The position numbers and the translations under genes are program-made. A stretch of 64,000 bases of DNA. It comes from Octopus bimaculoides (taxonomy: Eukaryota). Positions 38,677 to 53,168 of the stretch are shown piece after piece. Every line of letters begins with the position of its first letter. Positions within the stretch are counted from its first letter, which is position 1. Under the pieces are notes generated by a model, which was not told the origin of the DNA, searched no databases, and saw only the letters and a program-made list of their open reading frames with translations. Location: positions 57,337,121 to 57,401,120 of the forward strand of contig NC_068981.1 in NCBI RefSeq assembly GCF_001194135.2. Direction: 5' to 3'.

Positions 38677-41600
38677 TCTGTAAAACAATACAAAAAGTTA
38701 TATAGATATACAGCAAATATAAAAAAAGTGAATTAATTTTCACAGAATCATTACATTTAAAAGATGAGTGCGTCATCATCATCTAGCATCCCTTGTCCAT
38801 GCTGGCATGGGTTGGATGGTTTGACCAGGGCTGGCAAGCTGGAAGGTTGCACCAGACTCCAGTCTGATTTGGCATGGTTTCTACGATTGGATGCCCTTCC
38901 TAACACCAACCATTCCAAGAGTGTAATGGGTACTTTTACGTGCATAGGTGGTTGGGTTTTCTCCAGCATTATGTCACTCATTGTCAAAGTCTCTTATCAT
39001 CTCTTTCAAAGCATTCAGTAACTTGGAACATGATGGAATCAGTTTCCACTATTTCATCTTATGTCTTTCTGGGATTCCCTCTACTGCAGGTTCTCTCCAC
39101 TTCGAGCACTTAACTCTTTTCTATGCAGCTGTTATTCTCTATATGCATAACAGTCTTCTTTCTTGCACACTGATTGGATTCTTCTTATATTCAGTTTTCT
39201 CTCAGTTATTTGTGATCTATTGTTCATACACACTGAAATAACATATCCAGCAGAGCATATTCACCTAATTTCTATCTTCACAAATCCTCTGCATTCAAAG
39301 TCAACATCGCTCTACCAAGCAGCATCAAAGTTTGTACACAAACATATTTCATGTTTATTATTGCTATTAATGATTCCTGTGCACCTATCACAGCCTATAT
39401 CTGATCCCACTACTATACTCTCTTCTCTGACAATCTGCTTATGATCCTACAGTGTAGATCTTAAGCATCCATACTTTACACTGATTTCAATACATGGAAT
39501 TTCTATCTTTGACTTTTCATCATATCAAGCATGACCAGTTCCCTGTTGGTAGCAGGGTCCTGTGTGTTTTCCTATGTACTATAAAACTTTAGTCTCTGTT
39601 AAGTCTACTTTAAGATTTTTCAGTTCTAGGTTTTGCTTCTAGATCTGGAATTTTATCTGTAAATCTCTTAGATTTACCAATAAAGTCAAATCATCAGCAT
39701 ACAAGAGTTCACAGGGGCAACCAATCTTAAACTCTTTTGTTAGAGCCAGAGATTGAGTCCTAATGGATTCCTGCCTGCATGCAAAATCTGTCACTGAACT
39801 TTTAACTGACTCTCACTTTGCTGAATGTGCCTCTGTACATGAGTCGTATGGCGCCCACAAGCCATTCATCTACATCTAGTTTCCTAAGCAACCATCAGAT
39901 TAGAAAGTAGCACCTTATTACATGCCTTTTCTAAGTTAGCAAATGTTGAAATGGTTTTGAAACATAATTATATTACCTTTAATTCTCATAATTTCAGAAC
40001 ATTTTTTATCAACTGAGTCAGGTTCTGACATCTGTATTGAATTATGTGCCGTCAAATTCTGCATAAAAAATAAAAAGGAGGATATTGTGATTAAACAATG
40101 GAAACAAAGAAAGCAATGAATTAACAGAAAATGTTGTAATAAACTAAATATTTCTGACAGTTTAATATTGTCATTCTGTGTTCTATAATTAAATCCTGTG
40201 AAATTATTCCTTTACATTAAATAATTATTAGTATTGTAATGCTGGTGAGTCAATTAGTCAATTACGTATGCTTCTCTTTGTCAAACAATGGTCGTGTACA
40301 TGATCAAAAGAAATTGATATTTAGTAATCAGTCGAATCCTATAAGCAAGGCATACTGCTACATTTCTTTGAATGTGCCTAGATGAAAATAACATAACAAT
40401 ATGTAAGCAAATGCACAAATTTGAAAAAGCATAAGAAATAGTAAGCTGCACTTAAAGTGGTTTGTTTTTATTTACGAGTTGTTTTTTAACCCTTTTGTGA
40501 CCATATTACTACTGAAATATACTACATTTGTTTCAATTAGTTTTATAATAATAATAATGACATTATTGCGTATAGTGCTCAGGTGCACTACAACTGATCA
40601 AAGGTGCATGTACAATACATAGAATTATGTACAAAAGTTAGGAAAGTAAACAGTGTATGAGTCATGATATACATGTGTGCATCCATATGGAGTGGAAATA
40701 TCAGGTGTAGTGTTCGTGAATTTCAGGAAGCATGGAGGTTTTAAAGGATGCAATGTCTCAGCAACTAACAACTGATGCAAGTAGTTTGTTCCATGCTTCA
40801 GCAACTCTGAGTGTGAAAAAATGTTTCTGAAAGTCATTAGAGCTGCGCTGTTTTCTGACTTTGTAGGCATGCCCACGTGTTAAACGCATGGAGCTCAAAA
40901 AAATGTTCAAGTTGATATTTAATAATCAGTTGAATCCTGTAAGCAAGGCATACCACTATATTTTGAAAATAATGAAGAATTTGGTAAAATAATTTTGTCA
41001 TTATTAAGCTGGTGTTTGGAATATAAATTAATATGACATTTTGATAGAGGGTTTTAATTTAGATCACTTTAAAACAGAATTAACATTGTAGAACCAAGGG
41101 TATTCTTAGGTGGGTTGATCAAAAGGGTTCAAGGTTTTGTGATATTTGCAGCACTTCCAATAATTTTTTAAAGAGTCGCCAAAGTGTCAAATTTACAACA
41201 CAAGTCCAAAACGAATTTTATTTTTAAACTAGCAGTATAACCCAGCTTTGCCAGGGATTAAGTTAGGATTATTAAGCTAATCAAGTTCTTTATTTCAAAC
41301 CAAACTAAGTAACATCAACGTCAAATTTGGGCAGAATTAATGTCGCGACAGGAGCGCATGGGTTGGGAGTTTGAACGGCAAAGGTGATCAGGTTACACAT
41401 GCCAGCCCTTTGAAAACACCACTCCCATCATCTAACCCTTCTTTGCCCATGGGTTGGGAACCCTTCCAGCAAGGAAAATAGAATGCCTAAAAGGGCTCCC
41501 GATTCTCTGTGTCAGAAGCAGATCACAATTAAGATCACAACTAAGTCTTAAGTATATGTATATATATATATATATATATAAGGGCAACACACACATACAC

Positions 41601-42562
41601 AGACGTACGTACACCAATTGCATACATGTTCGTATGTGTGTGTTGCCCATATATCAACAAAACACATTTTTCCTCGATGGAAAAAACAACAACAAAAGTC
41701 TTAAAAACTTACTCGTCGCTAGAAGGGGACTTAACTCCTGTTCTAAACAATGGTGGTTTTCTCCAACTTGAAAATTGTTAAAAGTTTTGGTTGAAAATTT
41801 ATTTTTACTGCTATTCGCTGGTGCCTCTGGGGAAAATAAGTTAGCGAAAATACAGCTAGGGTCATGACGAATGTCCTCCTAAAATTGGAGTGACATGCGT
41901 GCTAATTTGTGTACGTGCATAAATTACATTCACACACACACACGTCCTGCCTTTTATATACACAGATAACAAAATAACTTAGCTCCAGAAGGCAAAGAAC
42001 ACAGAACGCTAAAATATATAGACACAGTCAAACGCCCCTCCAAACACCCACCCACCACCACCACCACTTCCACCAATATTTTAGATTGACGTCGGAGTTC
42101 TGATGTAAGGGAGACAACTTATTTCCTGTGATTAATATATTAAACACATGACTAAACTTCGAAAAACTGTTCCACGTCCGTTTTTAGCATGGTAACATCT
42201 GTAAAATGAAGAAATGGTTACAACATTCTAAATTGAATGTATAAATAACTTACACATTGTTTAAGATATTCCTCTGCTAAATGACTTGTGACAGTGATGG
42301 ATAATAATATACCATTCTGTAAATTTAAATCCGGGTAACAGCGTTGACCAACTGACATGAAAATATCGCACTGTGGAACAAACTTAGTTGTTCCGTTTAA
42401 TCTTCCTGTTAAGAGTTCAGAGAAAATTGTGAAATCGAATATTTTCTCAGGTTTATTTCGTTCCAGATTCTTAGATTCTTGATTTTCCATTTGACTAATA
42501 TAAAAAACACGACACCTACAAATATTAAAAAGAAGTTATATAAAATCAATTTTAAAAGAGGA

Positions 42563-42599
<37 letters not shown>

Positions 42600-45500
42600 A
42601 TGCATCTATCTATATATACTATAATGGAGAAAGCTGCTTATTAATTAGGTGTGTAACAATTACTAAAAGTACTAAAAGCAATAATTAAAGGGTTGACCAT
42701 CTGGAAATATTTTTATAAATTCATGTTTTAAGAAATTTCCTATAATTTCGATTTCTCAAGTTTATTGAATTTTTTTACTCCAATTTCTCACGAATTTTAA
42801 TATTCATTGCAATCACTGCATCCAATTCTTCACAAGTTTAAATATTTATTGCATTCACTGTGGAGTATTCCATTTCCCTTTGCCAAGTCTCTCACTTTCT
42901 CTTTTAAGTTTTAATTCGCTATTTGGAGAACTAGCAGTTTATTCTATTAATGTATACATAACATAAAAACATTATTTATTGAATGAAAATTTTTTTAAAT
43001 ACCCGCATAATTTTTGAATGTGGGATAGCTGTGAGAAGGGGTAATTACTATTAGAAGACGAGGAGAGAAAAAGTCACCGACAAGTACTCAAAATTTGGTC
43101 CTTATTCAGTTTCCAAAAACTCTGTACCACTAAGCCAATATATACACAAACAAGTTGTACAAGCGACTTCAAAAGTCACACATACACACATAGATACGCA
43201 TACACACAAATGAAAGGCAATGAATGTGTGTGTGTGCGTGTGTGCTGTTCACTGACAAAACATCGTGCTGCATCACTTTGTCGGTAGCAGGGTCCTGTGT
43301 GTTTTCCTACGTACTATAAAACTTTAGTCTCTGCTAAGTTTACTTTAAGGTTTTTCACTTCTAGGTTTTGCTTCTAGATCTGGAATTTTATCTGTAAATC
43401 TCTTAGGTTTACCAATAAAACTAAATCATCAGCATACAAGAGTTCACAGGGGCAGCCAATTTTTAACTCTTCTGCTACAGCCTATAGGACTTTGGCACAG
43501 AGAGCCAGAGACTGGGTTCTGGTGCACTCCTACATACATGCAAAATCTGTCACTGAACTTGTAACTGACTCTCTCTTTGCAGAATAAGCTTCTGTACAGG
43601 GGCTGTATGACCCTCAGAAACCATTCATTTACATCTAGTTTTTTTTAAGTAGCCACCAGATGCCTTTAACAAAGCTTGACATTTTAAACTGTGCTCAGTC
43701 ATGTGCAGTTCACTACTGAAAGAACACCATATAACTCATTGATGAGTATTTTATAAGTTTACTTTAAATTTATTGTTATGTTAAAATTGGCATTTTTAGT
43801 CTAGGAAAGGAGAGTCTTATATATCAATGAAAAAGATACAAGCTTTCACAAGTGCACAAATAAATACCTTTGTCACTTTTTTTCTTGACAATGAAATTAA
43901 TCACAAACAAGTGATCAGCGATTTTGTTGGATCTGTGTTCACAAATGCATGTAATAAAAAATAATTATTAAATACTGGTGAAATAACAGAACTGAATTTG
44001 TTTTTTATTCTTTATATATTATATTTCTTGCACTTGTTATTTTTATTATGTAATAGGATAGAAAGGCAGCAAGTTGGCAGAACCATTAACATGCTAGGCA
44101 TTTTGTCCGTCCTAACGTTCTAAGTTCAGATTTTGTCACGGTCAACTTAGCCTTTCAAAAAAGTAAGAGCCAATTGAGCTCTAGGGTCAATGTAATTGAC
44201 TTACCCTACCCTCGAAATTGCTGACCTTGTGCCAAAATTTGAAACCCTTATGTAATGGGACAGTAAGTAGAATACGGAGAGTGCCAGACAAAAAAGCTTA
44301 TAGTACTTAATCATGTCTCTTTAGATTCAAATCTTGCTGAGAGGTACTTTGCCTTTATCCCTCCATTGCTGATAAAATAAAGACCAGTGAAATACTGAAG
44401 TCAATTTAATAAACTGTGTCCTCTTCTAAAAGTTGTGGCCTTGTTTTGTCACAATGTTAGAAATTATTACTAATATTTTATATCATAGAAAGAAAAGCAA
44501 GAGACAGGAAGCAGAAATGAGTGGGTGTAATTTCTTAAAATAATTTTCATTCATTATCATTAAATGTAATGTTTAAAGAAAAAAAAATCAAGAGAAACAC
44601 AAGAACAAGGAAAAATGAAAATGTATCAGAACAAGATATACATACTGGCAACTTCGTTCAGCAAAAATATTCATTCTATCATCAATATAGATGTGAATTC
44701 CCCGTGATAAGCCATCGATTAATTTTTTTCCAGATGGATGATGTGAAAGGTTATCTAACTGAAGGCAAAGAATGTTCTTTGATGTCAACTTTAATGAGAA
44801 ATGAAATGAAAAAAGAAAGACACAATTTAATTTAACAACAGTAAAAGTAGATAAGTATAAAATAATATAATCAGTATTTAGACAATGAAACTTATACACA
44901 CATAACAAAGAGCCTCTCTCTCAGAGTGAAAGGCAGGTTTGATGCCTGTTTGCAAACAGCTATGCTGCATGGCAGTGAAACATGGGCTATAACAGCCGAG
45001 GACAAGCATAGGCTTGAGAGAAATGAAGCCAGTATGCTTTGCTGGATGTGCAATGTCAGTGTGCATGTTTGACAGTGTGTAAAATGTAAGCATCTTGAGA
45101 GAAAAGTTAGGTATAAGAGGAATCAGATGTGGTATGCAAGAGAGACAACTGCACGGGTATGGTCATGTGATGTGTGTGGACGAAGACAGTTGTGTAAAGA
45201 AGTGCTGATCTCTAACTGTGGAGGGTAGACCCAGGAAGACATGGGCTGAGGTGGTGAAGCATGACCTTTGAACCTCACGGAACCAATAACTAGTGACTAA
45301 GACCTTTGGCATAGTGTCATGCTTGAGAAGACCCATCAAGCTGAGCAAAATCACAATGATGACAGATACTGGTGGCACATAAAAGCACCCATTACATTCT
45401 TGGAGGGGTTGGCTTTAGGAAGGGCATCCAGCCATAGAAAACCATGCCAAATCAGACTGGATCCTGGTGCAGCCTTCTAGCATGCCAGCCCAGTCAAACC

Positions 45501-45801
45501 GTCCAACCCATGGACATTGGATGTTTAATGATGATGATGATGATGATGATACATACACACACACATACATATATTACATTGGTGTAATGGTAGCACAATT
45601 ATCATGAGGTGTGGGTTTGAGTCGCATGCATACGAAAAACCCACTGTTTCCCTCAAGGGCTTATATGCCCCAATATTAGACTATTTTCTTTAGTTGATAC
45701 AGCATGATCACTTACAAGCTTTAAGCTTATAAAATATTAATATATAGATATATATTAATATAAAAAGAAGACATAAAAAATTTATCCCAAACACCCTGGT
45801 G

Positions 45802-45875
<74 letters not shown>

Positions 45876-48800
45876 CACACACACATAAATATATACAAAT
45901 GCATATTTAGAATTAATTTAGCAAAGACCAAAGTCCTAGTAAGTAGGAAATCCAACAAATCACAAATTCCTTCAGAGAGATGGCCCTGCTTGATATGTAA
46001 AAAAGGTGTAGGTAGAAACTCTATAACGTGTACATGGTGCAAGCTATGGGCACATAAGAGGTGCAGTAGCTTCTATGTGTGGTACATGTGCAGGTTTAAT
46101 AAACAATAGGAATGTATGGAAAATAGACTTCGTCAGATGCCTGGTGGGATTCTTAGAACTAGTAGAGAGCTTCTGTTACTAGGTGACCAAACCAGCAGTG
46201 GAGGAGGATGCTCTGAGAGTGTAGCTGCTGGAATAAGAATGGGCTGGTCAAGGTTCAGAGAGCTTCTACTTTTGTAAGTAACAAAGGGCTTCTCCCTCAG
46301 AGTGAAAGGCAGATTGTATGATGCCTGTGTGCAAACAGCCATGCTACATGGCAATGAAACATGGACTGTGAATGCGGAGGACAAAAGCTTGGAAGAACTA
46401 AAACTACCATGCTCTACTGAATGTGCAATGTCAGTGTGCATGTATGACAGAGTGTAAGTGTCCTAAAAGAAAAATTGGGTATAAGAGGCATCAGATGTAG
46501 TGCACAAGAGAGAAGACTGTGCTGGTATGGTCGTGTGATGCATATGGATGAGAACAGCTGTGTAAAGAAGTGCCAATCTCTTAATTGTGGAGAGAGCCTG
46601 TGAAAGAAGTAGACCCAGAAAGACGTGGCACAAGGTGGTGAAATAATATTTTTAGGTTGTTGAGACTCACAAAAGTGTTAACAAGAGACTGAGACTTCTG
46701 GCAATTTGCTGTGCTTGAGAAAGCATGTCAAGTTAAGTGAAGTCATGGTCGTGGCCAGTTCTGATGACACACAAAGGGCACCTATACCAGTGATACATAA
46801 AAGGTACCCAAGCTGACGACACATAAAAGGCACTCATACTGGTGGCATAAAAGGTACTTAGTACATTCTGTAAGGTAGTTGATGTTAGGAAGGGCATCTA
46901 GCTGTAGAAACCAAGCCAAAACAGATGACTGGAGCTCTTCTCAAACTGTCTAACTCATGCCAGCATGGAAAACAGACATCGGATTTAGGTTTATTAGATG
47001 ATGATGATTAGATGGTAGTGGTGTTAGTGGTGGTGGTGTTGGTGGTGGTCATGATGATGCACTAGTGATTGTTAATAACACTTTCCTACATTATTTGAGA
47101 AACTATGTTAAAAAAAATATATCTGCAAAATAAGTGAGAAAAAGGCAACCAACTTACAGACCCATCCATACAACAGCCAGTTTTAATAACACATGAAGTG
47201 AAATTTCTCTCTCGATACTCAATTTGTGAACCAACTTTCACAGTCACGGTGAAATCTATAAAGCATAAAATATTTTGATAGTACTTATGCAAACATAAAT
47301 CATCATTAACAACAACATTCTTCAGTCTAGTAAATTTAGTCCATATTAGCCACTTTTAATCCAGATTTAACAACAGGTCATGTTGGGATGGAAGCCAAAA
47401 GCATTTATAGTAGTGGCAAAAATAGTAGGGGAGAAACAGCATATCTCCAAGTATCTTTATAACATGTTGGTGTAGTATAGCATGTTTGAGACTACTAATT
47501 TGTTTTATGGCCTTTTTATATGTGGTCTAGTATGCTTGCACGTGTAACAGCAGCACCACACTTGATATATGAAAAGTACTCTCTTGTGAGGTTATACCTG
47601 AGCTTTGTCAGTAACAGATCAAAGCTGAAATACTTTCTCACTCTGAAGAGGAAGCCTAGTCTATTGAATAGTTCTGGTAATCTTACATGTACAATAAACA
47701 GCTGGTCTTTTTGATCTCTAAACCTTTGCTCAAAATTTCATCTATTACTCCTCAGCTTCCTCTAATGCTCCCTGCATTGAGCGATTTATTTGCTTCATCA
47801 ATAGATACCTGAAGATTGGATGGTTGATTTATTATCTAGGATAACAAAAAAGGGAGGCCTTTGAGAGTATGGAAATTGGAGGGATATGATGCTGAGCAGC
47901 ACGGTACCGAGTGTGTTTGGTTTGGTTCGGTTATACTGAATAAGATTTAAATTCCATTGGAAAGTAATATTAAAGGATGCAAAAGTAGTCTTCTAGTAAT
48001 CATGTGGTTGAAGTGGGTAGACATTTTTTGCTTGGACATCTTATACATCAATGCATTGATTTCAGATAGAATTTGATAATGGCTTTCATAGATTTTGAAA
48101 AGGTATTTCTCTCTCTCTCTTTTGTTTTTTTTTTATAGTATACATAGGATTACACATAATAAAGAAAACTAGTGGAAATAGAAAAGAATAAACTGAACGG
48201 ATTTATGGAAAGTATTTGGCAGATTCAGACTATGTTGAATAAAATAATGTAGCAGGTCTTCCAAAAATCAGTGTTATCAGATGAATGAAGCAATAATTTG
48301 TATTGTTTTAAATAACATACCAGTTAAGCAATTAAGTGATGGTTGCGGCGAAGATGTTTCCATTTCTTCTTCTTCCTCTTCCTTGATTTCCTCATTGAAT
48401 TCTGGAAAATATAAAAGAAAATATTATTTTTGTTTTCCATCAAGTAACATTGATAATGGTTTCAAATTCTGGCACAAGGCCAGCAATTTTAAAAGAAGGA
48501 GTAACTTGGCATCATCAACCCCAGTGCTCAAATAGTACTTATTTTATTGACCCTGAAAGGCGTTTGAATAACACTGAACACAAAGCCAGAAGAAAGCCTC
48601 TAAGTATTTTGTTTGGTGTGGCAATGATTCTGCCCACTTTCCTCATTAAGTAATATTAATACTAAAATTACTTTAAAAGCAGGTTTTCTAAATTATGTTC
48701 TAACACCAGCATTTTCTACTGACTACAATACTTTTAACATTCTTTTACCTTCTATAAATAATTTTTGTATGTTATGCAAGAAAGGAATGTCTTTTCGAAT

Positions 48801-51800
48801 GTCTTTTCACGTGCCAGGAAGGCGACGTTGGTAACGGTCACGCTCAAATGGTGCTATGTGGTTGATTACTCCAAATTAGCTCTGATTAAGTAAACCTATG
48901 ATCAAAAACCATGATCGTCCCATCTACTATTCAGATATAGCATATCTAGGAATTACATTGTCCACTGTGTCCTGCAAGGCAGCTGAGTGTGATTTTGAGG
49001 GATACTTAAATGTTGTTTCTAGCAGGTCAAGCAACCATCTACATACTGTCTGGCTAGCTCACATTTGAATGTGTTGAATGAGATGGTATGTCCAAGAATA
49101 AGGTGTAGTCATAGGAATTAATTACTCATCATCATCATTTATTGAGTACTTAATAGTAGATTTTTGTGAATGAATTTTCATTCCAACCTTTGATCCACAG
49201 ATGTGTTGTTTCTTCACTCTGCCTCTTTTTTTCACTGATACTAATGTGGCCTTACTTCTTGCAATTGACCAGTCACAGGCTATAATAGGTTCCATATAAG
49301 CTCATCTGTCTCTCTTCCTTTTATCACTCATATCGAGTCAACTACATCCAAGATCCTACACTAACCATTATCACTATTCATTCTTTCCCAGAATGTCATC
49401 CATTTGGAATTCCTTCTCTACCCATATTTTCCTTGAAGTTGTTCAAGAACATTCACCAAGCTTAGAGGGCAAAGGTTGTATATGCAGGCTCTTCTTCCAA
49501 ACCTAATCATTTAATCAAGAAAAAAAAAGTATTTAATTCATATTAAAGGAAAAACAAAAAAAAATAACTTACCAGTTAGCAAAGTTGGAACACTGTAACT
49601 GCACGTATCATTCTGCAGATATAATATTTAGGCATTACTATCAATACAAGAATAATAAACTACAATAATAGAATTTACTTTTTTTCAGAATATTTAACAG
49701 TATCAAATTCCACTTGCCATACAGTGTGATAAAATATTTTATGTATATATAGTTTCAGTAGTTTTATAGATGATTAAACATACAAAATAAATGTACACTC
49801 AAGTTTATAAAATAAGATATTAACATTCTGTTCAGTTCAGAAAAGGCCTTGAAAATACAATACTATACTTTAATGGTGAATCTGACTGTTCTATAACTAG
49901 TCAATCATAAATGATGCATTTTTAACAAATGAATAGTTATAATTAAATGTAAAAATATGAATTAGTTTTACAATTTAATGAAAATATACAATAATAATAT
50001 TTTATGATAATGCTCAGGCATAATGATACTAAAAGCCAGTTATTAGAATCTATATATACTTACACACACATTTTGCTGTATATATGTACAGAATGGTAAC
50101 AACCATAATCGGGATGGCACCTGTGCCCAGCGTCGCCTTTCTGGCACTTGTGCCCGCAGCATGTGTAAGGACTTTCGAGCGAGATCGTTGCCAGTGCCCC
50201 TGGACTGGCTCTTGTGTGGGTGGCACATAAAATACACCATTTTGAGCGTGGCCATTGCCTGTATCGCCTGACTGGCCTTCGTGCGGGTGACATGTAGAAG
50301 CACCTACTACACTCTCGGAGTGGTTGGCATTAGGAAGGGCATCCAGCTGTAGAAACTCTGCCAAATCAGATTGAAGCCTGGTGTAGCCTTCGGGTTCCAC
50401 CAGTCCTCAGTCAAATCGTCCAACCCATGCTAGCATGGAAAGCGGACGTTAAACGATGATGATGATGATGATACAGTTTTTGGGAGTATTTTTATCTTTG
50501 CTCAAGTGTAAAATTATGGTCAATGTGAAATAAGGAAGCATGTACATGAAGCTTTAAAGGTGTTGTTAAATGCCTCTGCAAGATACAGGGATTCATAAAA
50601 CCAATTCTTGGCTTTAAAATTTATAATGTGATGCAGATAGAAGGTACATTTTCTTTTGTATATAACGCCAACCAATCTTGGGTAACGTTTCCAAAATATC
50701 TGGTGCTTCTACCCAACAAATTAGGTGATTTCAGATAAGTAAAACTGACTGCACTACCCCCACTCCACACTACACCACAAAAAAATTCCTACTGTAAATA
50801 TAAATTTACTTGTCTAATATCTTGTCCTCTGATCCAACTTAAGTCTATTAAAAATAACAATACTTAGGAAAAAAAGTATCCACACCTATATCATGAGTAG
50901 TAAATAGTAACGAAAGCATCTAGCTGGCTGCAAAAATTCATTATTCCAACAAAACCAGAAGAATGTTCCCTTCTAACTGTAGTTGAGTACAGGTAAGTTA
51001 CAGGTGAAAAGAAGGTCTGGACATTAATGCTTAGTGTTTATTTTAGTATCTTACAAACCAACAAAGTGACCAAACGAAATCAGAAAATAGATATTTAATA
51101 ACTAATTTGATATCATATATTTCTGAATTCCAATCCCACTAAGATAGATTTTACATTTTTATCTCTTTGGAATTGGTATATACAAATAAAATATTGTATT
51201 AAAGTGAAATGTCTTCGTTAAATAATGAATTATATTTTGCAAGTCAGTGTCACATATGAAGTAAACAAAAATAATATTTGATTTTATATACAAGAAAGAT
51301 TATCAAAACATTTGAAGAACTCACATTATCGAAATTCATATCCTGAGAATATCCTTGTGGCTGTGTATAGGGTTTATAATCTACAAAAATTGAAAAACAT
51401 AAACAAGTAAATAAAAGCACATACATTTCCATTTAAATAATCATATAAATGAAAGTAAAGTGAATAACAATGTTATTTTTGTAAGAGGAGAGAGCATATA
51501 TAATTTAATATGATAATTATTTTACCAAAACAGGGAATTGGAATGAAAGAAACAACTATATATGGATTGAATAAGGATACTCAGAATAATTATGTCAACA
51601 ATTATATGTGATATATCATAGTTAATGAATTAACTAGCTCTATTAACCATTTACCTTTACATCTTACACCCTCCTAACAATGTTGGGACACAAACAAAAA
51701 ACACATACACACACCACACACACAACAGGCTTCTACACAGCTTCCATCTACCAAATTAATTCACAAGGCATTAGTTGGCCCAGGGCTATAGTAAAGAAAA

Positions 51801-53126
51801 CACTTGTCATGCAATGGGACAGAATTCAAAACACAGGGGTTGCAAAGCAAGCTTTATAACCACACAGCCATGCCTACACCTATATATATATATATATATA
51901 TAGTTTGTTAAAAGTAATATAAAAAAATACCTTTTATTTGGAAAATACGATACGGGCAGTTATTATTTTTGTATAAATACTCTTCTTTCTTTTCTTCTAT
52001 ATTTGACTGTTTATTCAGAGCATTTCGAAACAAAGACTTCCAATATGGATAATTAGTAGCATCACCTTCTTTAAATCGACCTGTATGTTTTGCCCAGTCC
52101 TGTCAAGAAAATAGATTTTTTTTATAATGATATGAACAGTATTAAAACAGTAATCAGTAGTACACAGGTCAATGACAAGAACAAGATAGTACCAAACAAA
52201 ATGCTTTACATTAGAAAATTATTATTTTTAAATCTCACAACGAGAGATATTCAGCAACAGTACTTTGGAGTAAAGATTTTTGCCAACATAACATAGCAGT
52301 CCAGCTGACTATACGATACGATCTGTGTCCTTATATTTTTGAACAAGGGAATCTAGCACCCCCACTCAGCCCAAAACAATATCTGTGTATTGTAATTTCT
52401 GGGTTATTTCCCTTCATAAGCACAGAATAATTGTTCGGCTAGAGGTAGCGCTGCCAAATTCCCGTTCGAAATATGTAGTTTTCAAAGTGACAACTAGTCA
52501 CTGATCTATAAAATTGTCACTTTGAAAACTATATATTTCAAACGAGAATTTGGCAGTGCCACCTCTCTAACCAAACAATTATTCTGTGCTGATAAAGAGA
52601 AATAACCCAGATATCACAATACACAGATATTGATTTGGACTGAGTGGGGGTGCTAGATTTCCTTGTTCGAAAATATAAGGACACAGATCATGTCGTATAG
52701 CCAGTTGGAGATGATGTCTCCTGGGGCTAAATTACAGCAACATTCATCCTAAACAAGGACTGCCATGTTATGTTGGCAAAAATCTTTACTCCAAAATGCT
52801 TTACATTGTTTAGTGACATCCTTTTTACTTTTTATAAGTTCAATTTTTAAAAGGTTTCAATTAAAAAAAAAATCTATTAGTTTGGTCTAACTAATAAGAG
52901 CAAAACATATGACATTATTTTTGAAATTTACCTTTTCCCAGACTAGACTCAATAAAACACCAATCATGAACTGGTAATCATTATATATATACACACGTAC
53001 GTATGTATGTATGTGTGTGTGTATAACCCATGCTAGCATGGAAAGCGGACGTTAAACGATGATGATGATATATATAATGTACTTCATGATAAAATTATTT
53101 TAGCATTTTCTATGTTGTCTTATTTT

Positions 53127-53168
<42 letters not shown>

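Noticed and set aside
47700-48100. Extra IRF coding exon
   Set aside because: Stops in all frames and weak acceptors; the phase chain closes without it.
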